A DNA stretch of 52,235 nt from a virus (lineage: Duplodnaviria; Caudoviricetes), in IMG/VR virus record IMGVR_UViG_3300046003_002393, positions 1 to 52,235 of that record; one strand, written 5' to 3'. The position numbers and the translations under genes are program-made. Of this stretch, positions 17,670 through 24,983 are shown one piece after another (the first letter of the stretch is position 1; the number at the start of each line of letters is the position of its first letter). The notes beneath the pieces are model-generated. The model was not told where the DNA came from, did no database searches, and worked only from the letters and a program-made list of their open reading frames with translations.

Positions 17670-19487
17670 TCAAAGCAAGTCAGAAATAACATCTATCGTT
17701 TCCATCATCGCGATTCTTTCGCCCAATATCCGCATACAATTTACCGCCATACTGTTGCCCAAAGCCTTGTACCGCGCTGAGTTTGATGCACCAGGTATGT
17801 TGGTATAACCGTGGGTAAGGCTAAGATTTATTGCGTATGAATTGCCGTTGTGCATTTGCTCTGGAATGAATGAACTTATGACACTCACGACAAAGCAACA
17901 CAAGGTTTGAATGCTCTGTTCGTAACTCTGGAAATTTGACCCAACTTCCGATGTGATGAACTTCATGCAGTCGTTCTTTGTAGACATGAACTTTGTGGCA
18001 TCGCTGACAAGTTGCTCGATCTCTTGTCCAGATACGTCTACAGACTTGCTTCCATATCCGTGATGAGAAGAATTGTTGATGTTCTGTGGTAATGCCGCCC
18101 CTCCAACAATGGTGTTTGTCCCCAACAAGGTGTGCAGTCTTACATTTAATTGAACAAAATCGTCTAGTTGAATAGGCAGGCGACACCATTTTTGTTTGTC
18201 CGCAAGATTGACAGACAAGAGCAACTTTCCTTGATTGTGTATTTCCAGAGTTCGTGCCTCTAAATTTAGAAGCGCAGACACCTCCGCAAGTTCGGAAGTC
18301 TTGTGATTGCTTTGTCGTGAATTCACCTCCGCAAATGATGCAATTTTTTGTGATTCGCTTACTACGGCATTGCCAGCAACATTTGGCAACTTGGGACATT
18401 GCGTTTCCGCAAGCGCATTGGTTTTTTGATGGTCTGAGCATACGCGAAGTATAACAGTTTTCGTTACCTCAGGAAACCCCTGCAATCTTTCGCACTCAAG
18501 CGGAGTTAATCGGCGTACTCGCATTTGTGAGCAGACAGCCATTTGGTTATCACCAGGTTCTTTGCGAATAGTCCCTGTGTGCTCTTCGTAAGCAACCGCA
18601 TGAACATCCGTCTTGGTTAGCGTATAGGATGACCCTGTATCATCGTAGCCAGTGCCATTCCCGCCATTCTCAGGTGCGCGTCCGATTGTGTTTCCAGCTA
18701 AGGCATAAGTCGGTACAAACAGCGGTGCGCCCTCGTTGATATGCTGATTTTCCAATCCTTGTTTATCTCCGAAGTGTGCGTTTAACGTGCTTGCGATTTC
18801 AGCCGGCCATTTCTTCACTGGCAAGATATGTCCACAGGCTGCGTCTTGCGCTCCGATACTAACGCCAGTGCGCGCTCCAATTGTTCCGGCAAATTCTTGC
18901 CCCTTACTTCTGCTCGGCGGAGGATTCCCGCACAGGCTTTCGGAGTCAAAAAGAACTGCGGCTGCACTTCGCCAGTCTCCAAGACATCCGATAACGAACA
19001 CACGCCTTCGTCTTTGCGGGACGGCTCTAGGGTGCTCATGTGTTCTGCTGAATTGAGCATCAAGAACTCGGTAGGCGAACCCATAGCCGAGTTGCCCCAA
19101 CCCTCCAAGGAAGGTTCCAAAATCCCTTCCGCCGTTACTCGACAAGACCCCCGGTACGTTTTCCCAGACAATCCATTTCGGCTTATATCGATCAGCAATT
19201 GCGAGGTAGATGAGCATGAGGTTGCCACGCGGGTCATCCAATCCTTTTCGCAAACCTGCGACTGAGAATGATTGACAAGGGGTTCCGCCGACAAGAACAT
19301 TGATAGTTGCATCAGGCCACTCCTTAAATTTAGTCATGTCGCCTAGGTTCGGGACGCTTGGGTAGTGGTGCGCCAACACTTTGCAAGGAAAAGGTTCTAT
19401 CTCTGAAAACCCGATAGGGTTCCAACCAAGCGGATGCCAAGCGCATGTAGCTGCTTCGATTCCACTGCATACCGAAAGGTAATTCAC
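17670..19487 (-). CDS. DNA (cytosine-5) methyltransferase with a 219-aa in-frame insertion
   Basis: Motif I SVCSGIEA, IV GGTPCQSFS, VI WENVPG, VIII PQRRRRVF, IX RRLTPLECERLQGFPE, X RYKALGNSM; insertion lies between FPE and GYTNIPG. Confidence 0.92.
   Translation of the reverse strand: MNYLSVCSGIEAATCAWHPLGWNPIGFSEIEPFPCKVLAHHYPSVPNLGDMTKFKEWPDATINVLVGGTPCQSFSVAGLRKGLDDPRGNLMLIYLAIADRYKPKWIVWENVPGVLSSNGGRDFGTFLGGLGQLGYGFAYRVLDAQFSRTHEHPRAVPQRRRRVFVIGCLGDWRSAAAVLFDSESLCGNPPPSRSKGQEFAGTIGARTGVSIGAQDAACGHILPVKKWPAEIASTLNAHFGDKQGLENQHINEGAPLFVPTYALAGNTIGRAPENGGNGTGYDDTGSSYTLTKTDVHAVAYEEHTGTIRKEPGDNQMAVCSQMRVRRLTPLECERLQGFPEVTKTVILRVCSDHQKTNALAETQCPKLPNVAGNAVVSESQKIASFAEVNSRQSNHKTSELAEVSALLNLEARTLEIHNQGKLLLSVNLADKQKWCRLPIQLDDFVQLNVRLHTLLGTNTIVGGAALPQNINNSSHHGYGSKSVDVSGQEIEQLVSDATKFMSTKNDCMKFITSEVGSNFQSYEQSIQTLCCFVVSVISSFIPEQMHNGNSYAINLSLTHGYTNIPGASNSARYKALGNSMAVNCMRILGERIAMMETIDVISDLL
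17811..18467 (-). mobile_element. 657-bp in-frame insertion carrying an out-of-frame HNH gene
   Basis: Removal restores canonical LQGFPE|GYTNIPGASNSARYKALGNS; length is a multiple of 3; no stop in the host frame. Confidence 0.8.
17821..18441 (-). CDS. Zinc-finger HNH endonuclease nested in the methyltransferase (alternative frame)
   Basis: Multiple CxxC units; RDRATCQRC...EVHHIGSW...SNLVLLCRECHKFIH HNH motif. Confidence 0.88.
   Translation of the reverse strand: MLRPSKNQCACGNAMSQVAKCCWQCRSKRITKNCIICGGEFTTKQSQDFRTCGGVCASKFRGTNSGNTQSRKVALVCQSCGQTKMVSPAYSTRRFCSIKCKTAHLVGDKHHCWRGGITTEHQQFFSSRIWKQVCRRIWTRDRATCQRCHKVHVYKERLHEVHHIGSWVKFPELRTEHSNLVLLCRECHKFIHSRANAQRQFIRNKS
18815..19312 (-). CDS. 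Overprinted ORF resembling the M.EcoHK31I beta polypeptide
   Basis: TAAGGAG SD 7 nt before ATG; C-terminal CSLSDVLETG...FFLTPKACAGILRRAEVRGKNLP..LERAL; +1 frame inside the MTase. Confidence 0.72.
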   Translation of the reverse strand: MQLSMFLSAEPLVNHSQSQVCEKDWMTRVATSCSSTSQLLIDISRNGLSGKTYRGSCRVTAEGILEPSLEGWGNSAMGSPTEFLMLNSAEHMSTLEPSRKDEGVCSLSDVLETGEVQPQFFLTPKACAGILRRAEVRGKNLPEQLERALALVSERKTQPVDISCQ

Positions 19488-19678
19488 GGCAACCCCAATC
19501 TATCCCGGCACGGGGCACACGCTCCCCCTACCAACCTGAGCGAGTGCTCCTCGCAGTGGATACACTCACCCGCCACACCGACAGGTATCCGTGAAGCCTT
19601 CTCCCTGATCTCCGCGATGTGAGCCGCGTCGAAGAACTCCATCTTTTCGGAGGTCATGTCTATTTCATCGGCCATCAC
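19484..19678 (-). CDS. TraR/DksA-type C4 zinc-finger protein
   Basis: MADEID N-terminus; GECIHCEE...CAPCRD. Confidence 0.7.
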   Translation of the reverse strand: MMADEIDMTSEKMEFFDAAHIAEIREKASRIPVGVAGECIHCEEHSLRLVGGACAPCRDRLGLP

Positions 19679-19920
19679 ATTTTCCTTTCATAAGTATGCA
19701 GTTCACAGTGAGTCGCGATAGCCGCTGACATGCCGTTAGGTGAGTTAACCAGTATCTCCGATATCTGATCTTTATTGCAGAGCCAGTAGACGCTGGTTAC
19801 TTCGGGGTGAACTACCCGTCGATACTCCGTCGAGATTTCCCACGCCACACACACTACTGCAAGCCCAATTAACGCCCCGACCAATACCAGCGGGTCAGGT
19901 ATCCGTTCCAAAAATTTCAT
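19675..19920 (-). CDS. Hypothetical membrane protein
   Basis: One TM helix; ATGA overlaps on both sides. Confidence 0.55.
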   Translation of the reverse strand: MKFLERIPDPLVLVGALIGLAVVCVAWEISTEYRRVVHPEVTSVYWLCNKDQISEILVNSPNGMSAAIATHCELHTYERKM

Positions 19921-21332
19921 GCTTGCCCCCTTTTCATTGCTTCCAATAAACAGTCCATGATTCCCTTTTTGTTATCTATTCTCTCCAGCACCAACTCGTC
20001 TATCGTACCCCGTGCGATGATGTTGTGGACGAACACCGAACGCTTGTACCCAGATTGCTCTTGTCTCACAGGGCCAATCCGTTCGAGAATCTGCAATCTA
20101 TTCTCCAGATTCCAGTCATGTGAGAAGAACACGAGTGTTCGCCCACCGTGCTGCAGGTTCAGCCCATGCCCGGCCGAGGCGGGATGCGCGAACAATACAG
20201 GTATCTTGCATTCGTTCCAATCCTTCTGGGTCTGCGGGTCGGCATCCAGCACGCGCCCTTGGGGAAAAGCCTTGAGTAACCTTACGAGGTCGCTCTTGAA
20301 GTGGTATGCCACCAACACCGGTTCGCCCATCGCTTCTTCGATAATCTCTTCGAGCGCCAGAATCTTGACATCGTGAACCTCCTTCCAGTCTTTAGCTTTA
20401 GGGTGAAAGTCGTTGTCAGCATCCGGGTCGAGGTACACCGCGCCGCTGGCGATCTGCAGTAACTTCTGTGTCTTGCTGGCCGCGTTGTGCGCTTCGACCT
20501 GGCGCTCACCCAACTTGATGAACATTTCCTTCTCCATCTCCCGGTACGTCTTGCGCGCCTTCGGTGGGAGGTCGATGTAGATGTTGTTCACGATCGGGTC
20601 TTCCAAGTCGAACCAATCCTTCATGTCGATGGTCAGGCACACATCCCTCAACCTCTCCTGAATCTCGGCTTGCGCGTGCGGTAGCGGAATCAGTGGCCCC
20701 TCTCCGTACTCCGGTGGGCGGAACCAGCGTTGCTTGAAGGCTTCGTAGCTCCTGCCCAGACGCTCCCCCGCATCCACGAACCACAACTGGCCCCACAGGT
20801 CGAGTAGCCCGTTCGGTGATGGCGTTCCGGTGAGGAGGTCGATCTTCTTGATCTTGGTGTGTGCTATCCTGCCCAACGCTTGCGCCCGAACGCCTCCCTG
20901 CTTCAAGCGGAACGACTTTAGTTTAGTGCTCTCGTCGATGATGACGTGCTTGAACGGCCAGCGGTCGCCGTAATAGTCGATAAGCCACACCAGATTCTCG
21001 AAGTTGATCGTGTACACGCTGGCGTCGTACTTCAACGCTCGCCGGCGCTTATCCTCATCGCCCATGATGGGCATGACGGTTATCTGGCTGAGGTGCGACC
21101 ACTTCTTCGCCTCTTCAGGCCACGTTGTAACCGCCACGCGCTTCGGCGCTACGACCAGAACGGGACTGTCCTCGCCAGCGAGAAAGCGGATATCTATGGC
21201 AGTGTATGTCGATACCGTCTTGCCTGAACCCATACCTGACCAGGTACACCCTCGGTCGATAGCGAGTTGGTGGTTCACGATCATGCCTTGGTACTCCCTT
21301 GGGGTGTAGACTGTGCGGATGGAGGGATTCAC
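19917..21332 (-). CDS. SNF2-family (SF2) helicase
   Basis: PREYQ, MGSGKT (Walker A), IIDES (Walker B), LTGTP, AGHGLNLQ, QILERIG. Confidence 0.93.
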   Translation of the reverse strand: MNPSIRTVYTPREYQGMIVNHQLAIDRGCTWSGMGSGKTVSTYTAIDIRFLAGEDSPVLVVAPKRVAVTTWPEEAKKWSHLSQITVMPIMGDEDKRRRALKYDASVYTINFENLVWLIDYYGDRWPFKHVIIDESTKLKSFRLKQGGVRAQALGRIAHTKIKKIDLLTGTPSPNGLLDLWGQLWFVDAGERLGRSYEAFKQRWFRPPEYGEGPLIPLPHAQAEIQERLRDVCLTIDMKDWFDLEDPIVNNIYIDLPPKARKTYREMEKEMFIKLGERQVEAHNAASKTQKLLQIASGAVYLDPDADNDFHPKAKDWKEVHDVKILALEEIIEEAMGEPVLVAYHFKSDLVRLLKAFPQGRVLDADPQTQKDWNECKIPVLFAHPASAGHGLNLQHGGRTLVFFSHDWNLENRLQILERIGPVRQEQSGYKRSVFVHNIIARGTIDELVLERIDNKKGIMDCLLEAMKRGQA

Positions 21333-21568
21333 CTCGGCACTCCCTGAAACAACTTCTTGCGAAGCTGAACCACGATGTCGCTCTTCAAGGTATTGTGGAT
21401 AAAGTCCCGCAGAACAGGATACATCGCGTCGTGCTCCTCCGCTGGCATGAACCTCGAAGCGGTAAACGCCTCGCCTTCTACCTCAACGGTTGTCGTGGAC
21501 AGGTAGCCGGTGATCACCCCATCGGCACTCTTGATCGGGGAAAACTTTATGTCCTCAACTATTCTCAT
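21329..21568 (-). CDS. Hypothetical protein
   Basis: 79 aa, translationally coupled to both neighbours. Confidence 0.6.
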   Translation of the reverse strand: MRIVEDIKFSPIKSADGVITGYLSTTTVEVEGEAFTASRFMPAEEHDAMYPVLRDFIHNTLKSDIVVQLRKKLFQGVPR

Positions 21569-21912
21569 TTCGCTATCCTCTCAAAGAAAATATCTACTTC
21601 CTCATAGGTGCTCAAGACGTGAACAGGCACCCCCTTTTTCTCCAGCTTCAACGCTTCCCGCGATTGCGATGGGTTGGGCTTTGCACCTGGTCGCTTCAGT
21701 TCAGCGAAGTGCGCACCGTTCAGCGCGACGAACCAATCGGGAGCGTCCTTGCGGCGATACCACTCACACTTGCGAACCTCGGCGCCATAGGACTTAGCGA
21801 TTTTCAAGAAGTAATCCTTGATGTCACGCTCCTTGACGGGCTTGGCTTTCTTAATCGCTTTGCGTTCGAGGTATTCGGCGTCTACTTGTTCTATTGAAAT
21901 TTTAGTTGGCAT
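21565..21912 (-). CDS. VRR-NUC domain nuclease
   Basis: ERDI...APDW...FAELKRPGAKPNPSQ PD-(D/E)xK pattern; located between polymerase and helicase. Confidence 0.88.
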   Translation of the reverse strand: MPTKISIEQVDAEYLERKAIKKAKPVKERDIKDYFLKIAKSYGAEVRKCEWYRRKDAPDWFVALNGAHFAELKRPGAKPNPSQSREALKLEKKGVPVHVLSTYEEVDIFFERIAK

Positions 21913-21917
21913 TTTCT

Positions 21918-23978
21918 CTACCCCTTCCTGTATCGATAAGTTTCAAATCCCGCTGCTGCCAGCGGCATCCCTTGTGCCCATGGCGGATTCGTTGCAAGCA
22001 ATTCGCTCAGGCGTCCTACGTTAAAATCTTCAGTGTCTGGTACTTCCGTGATTAACTCATCATGCACCTCCAAGACGATCTCGTACCCCGCATTCTCAAC
22101 CGGAATGAACGAACTCTTGAACACGTCTCGGGCGAATGCTTGTGTCACATTTTCGACGAGCCGCCCGCTATATGTGCTAATCCTGCACCACTTGCGGCTG
22201 AACTGATTCACCCCTTCGTAACTGATCTTACCGTGGTCATCTAACCGTGGGGAGGGATAGCAAAGTGCGCGACCTGAAGGCAGGACTATCCTCAACCATT
22301 CACCTGTGCGCCTGACTCTGACCTTGCGGCACAAGAAGGTGACTTGTGGTTCGCGAATCGCGGCGATCACCGCGTCTTGCACTTCACCCCAGAACGCTAC
22401 GATATTCGGATGCTGTAACCGCCACATCCGTTTAAGCGAGTCGCAAGCGCAGAACACGTCCTTGCTCAGGCCGTAGGTGGCGCGCTTGGTCTTATGACAC
22501 CAGTGCCAGAACTTGATGGCTTCGTTCCATACCTCTTCGGGAATACCGGGGCGGGCCATCGTGGACATGTGATCAAGGTCTATCCGGTATGTGGCCGCCC
22601 CGGTTAGGTAAGCGCCTACACCGCCTTCGTAACCCAGCATCAACTCCATGACCTTACCGATCTGACGCTTGTCGCCAGTGGCCTCTTCAGCGGGAACCTT
22701 GAACGCTTTACCATAAGCGACCTTGTATAAGTCTTCCCCGATTCCCGCATCGAAATCGCGGAACGCTTGTAGCTTCCACTCTTCGCCAGCGAGGTAGGCC
22801 AGCACACGACCTTCAATGTTGGACAAGTCCGATACGACCAGTTTCTTACCCGGTGGTGCGACTATGCAACCGCGAATCGCGTTGGAGGTGAGCGACATCA
22901 CGTTCTCATAGATCAGGTCAGCGCAGTCTAGCTTCATCGCTTCAACACCCGCTTCTATCGCGGCGTTCTTCATGTTCGGTCGCGGAAGATTCTGAGGTTG
23001 AAATGTTCTCCCGGCGCTGCGACCCGTTCTGCCCGCCCCGCAGAACTGGATACTCCCCCGCATTCTGCCATCGGTAGTCGCTTTGATCAGTTTCTTGTAC
23101 TTGCTGGTACTGATAGAGCACACCTGTAACCTGACCTTGAGGAGTTCCTTCAATGCGTCAGGCATGTCGGGGTCATCGAGCAACCGCGTAACGGTGTCCT
23201 TGGTGAGGTCAGGCAGAGCGAAGCCATAACTCTCTAGGATGTGATCTAACAGCACATCGCGCTGCGTGGTGCTCTCTACCTTCCCTTCGGTCATATCGAA
23301 GGTCTTAGCCTTCAGGAAAGCCTGTTCCAAGCCAACGGCGCGGAGGGCGGCGTGCGCCAGTTCGAGATCGACTGCAAACCCACGGTCGTTGATCTTCTGG
23401 TCGAGGTGCCATAGCGCCAGTTCGTCACCCTTGTAGTTCCAAGTGGGCATCTTCTTGGCAATCGCCCTCATCGCTTCGGTATCGTTAATCGCGTACTCGA
23501 TAAACTTAGCCCAGTCCTCGGGGTGTGTTAACCGCGTCGCCCTGCGAACCTTGACGTTCTTTCCTCGGGGCTTGCAGAACAGGTGGATGAGTCGAGTACC
23601 GTCCTTGTGCTTCGCGAGGTCGTCTCCGATCTTGAATATGCCGCATAGCTTGTCGAGACCGCCAGGGAGTGAGAGCGTGAACGCTTGAACCATCGTGTCG
23701 CGCCAGCGCGGGATATCGATGTCGAGGTTCATGGCGTACTTGAGTACGTTACGGTCGAACATGGAGTTGTGGGCAGTGACAAGCTGTTCAGGATCGTTCA
23801 GCGCGTACTTCAGATCGGGAATATCGTATGGGTGTTCGTCGTTCGTTAAGTCGAGACCGATAACAGGGCCATCGTCGATTGCTGATGTCCAGATCATCGC
23901 TTCGCAGTTCGACGTGTAGGCGTAAGTGCCATTTGCTATCGGCACCTCGCTGAATGTTTCGGTATCGAGCCAGATCAT
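21918..23978 (-). CDS. Family A DNA polymerase with 3'-5' exonuclease (APSE/BPP-1-like)
   Basis: LDTET, AHNSMFD, YAINDT exonuclease motifs; TGR, QPQNLPRP, DLSNIEGR (motif A), RQIGKVMELMLGY (B), VHDE (C). Confidence 0.95.
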   Translation of the reverse strand: MIWLDTETFSEVPIANGTYAYTSNCEAMIWTSAIDDGPVIGLDLTNDEHPYDIPDLKYALNDPEQLVTAHNSMFDRNVLKYAMNLDIDIPRWRDTMVQAFTLSLPGGLDKLCGIFKIGDDLAKHKDGTRLIHLFCKPRGKNVKVRRATRLTHPEDWAKFIEYAINDTEAMRAIAKKMPTWNYKGDELALWHLDQKINDRGFAVDLELAHAALRAVGLEQAFLKAKTFDMTEGKVESTTQRDVLLDHILESYGFALPDLTKDTVTRLLDDPDMPDALKELLKVRLQVCSISTSKYKKLIKATTDGRMRGSIQFCGAGRTGRSAGRTFQPQNLPRPNMKNAAIEAGVEAMKLDCADLIYENVMSLTSNAIRGCIVAPPGKKLVVSDLSNIEGRVLAYLAGEEWKLQAFRDFDAGIGEDLYKVAYGKAFKVPAEEATGDKRQIGKVMELMLGYEGGVGAYLTGAATYRIDLDHMSTMARPGIPEEVWNEAIKFWHWCHKTKRATYGLSKDVFCACDSLKRMWRLQHPNIVAFWGEVQDAVIAAIREPQVTFLCRKVRVRRTGEWLRIVLPSGRALCYPSPRLDDHGKISYEGVNQFSRKWCRISTYSGRLVENVTQAFARDVFKSSFIPVENAGYEIVLEVHDELITEVPDTEDFNVGRLSELLATNPPWAQGMPLAAAGFETYRYRKG

Positions 23979-23979
23979 G

Positions 23980-24156
23980 CTAGTGTTGATTCAGTGAACA
24001 ATCTTCAGAATGTGAGAAATCGTCCACACGACACTCTGGGCACACTGTCCAGTTCGCGCACCCGTTCCTGTTAAGGACACCGGCTACCTTCCCGTCGGTG
24101 GCGATATCGGCTTGTTCTAGTATTTTGTAATCTTCTTTACTTAGCCTGTTAATCAT
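23980..24156 (-). CDS. Small hypothetical Cys/His protein
   Basis: AAGGAG SD 6 nt before ATG 24156; CPEC...H...C. Confidence 0.55.
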   Translation of the reverse strand: MINRLSKEDYKILEQADIATDGKVAGVLNRNGCANWTVCPECRVDDFSHSEDCSLNQH

Positions 24157-24377
24157 TTTCATCTCCTTATGATTAGTTAAAAGTAGAGGGAACCCATTTC
24201 GAGTTCCCTTCACTTAGGTTGTTGGACTGATTGCCTGAATTTTAATTTAAAGTGTCCTCAGGTTTAAGCATGGCGAGTAAGTGCGAAAAATCGGGGTCTC
24301 AACTCGCCTAGCGCATCAATCCCTATCAGGCGTGCAACCAGCACGCACGTTCTAGGAAGACACTCCCAAGGAAAATC

Positions 24378-24947
24378 TTACATGAAATCTTCGTCGCCGT
24401 CCTCAGTATCTCCAAGGTCAGGAAACTGGTCAGGACTTGCCGGTGCGCCTCCGCCGAATGCGTCTCCGTCTGAGTGGAACTGAACCCCGGTCAGCGTGGC
24501 GTTAACGCGCTTGCCGAACTCCCCATCTTGCGCCCAGATGTCCACGATAGCGTTGACGTAGCAGCCGCCATAAGGCTTCCCATCGGCGGCGGTCAGAGGT
24601 TGCTTACGCCCGTCGATGACTGTGGGGCGGGTCTTGTTGTACGCCGCGATGAAGTACTTACCCTCGAAGCCCTGATAAGGCTCTCCGGATGACCCAACTT
24701 TATCGCGCTCGCCATAGGCGCACTTCTCTTTGCGCTTCAACTCTTCGAGAATCTTGAGAGGGTCTTTTTTCCACTTCCCCTCGGCGGCTTCCTTCATCGC
24801 GGCGTTAATCTTCTTCGCGTTGGTGCTATCCGGCTCAATGATGAACGTCGCACCGAAGCGTGCCAACCCTCCCGCTTCAAAGGATTTAGGAACAAAAAGT
24901 GCGTCCATGAAAGCGATTCTTACTTTTAACAATTGTACTGAGGCCAT
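24378..24947 (-). CDS. ssDNA-binding protein (DUF2815 / T7 gp2.5-like)
   Basis: PYGGCYVNAIVDIWAQ...GKRVNATLTGVQFHSDGDAFGG; acidic C-terminal tail. Confidence 0.9.
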   Translation of the reverse strand: MASVQLLKVRIAFMDALFVPKSFEAGGLARFGATFIIEPDSTNAKKINAAMKEAAEGKWKKDPLKILEELKRKEKCAYGERDKVGSSGEPYQGFEGKYFIAAYNKTRPTVIDGRKQPLTAADGKPYGGCYVNAIVDIWAQDGEFGKRVNATLTGVQFHSDGDAFGGGAPASPDQFPDLGDTEDGDEDFM

Positions 24948-24983
24948 GATTTTCTCTCTTTCTATTAGTGACTACTGATTAAA

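Noticed and set aside
17811-18467. Group I intron or intein as the explanation for the MTase insertion
   Set aside because: Only 26 and 10 nt lie outside the HNH ORF; no exon-U/intron-G boundary restoring the frame was found; no C/S start, N end or C/S/T +1 residue. A ribozyme core overlapping the ORF is not fully excluded without a covariance search
24224-24322. Hammerhead ribozyme (CUGAGGA on the minus strand)
   Set aside because: No correctly placed GAAA and stem II; kept only as a generic structured-RNA candidate
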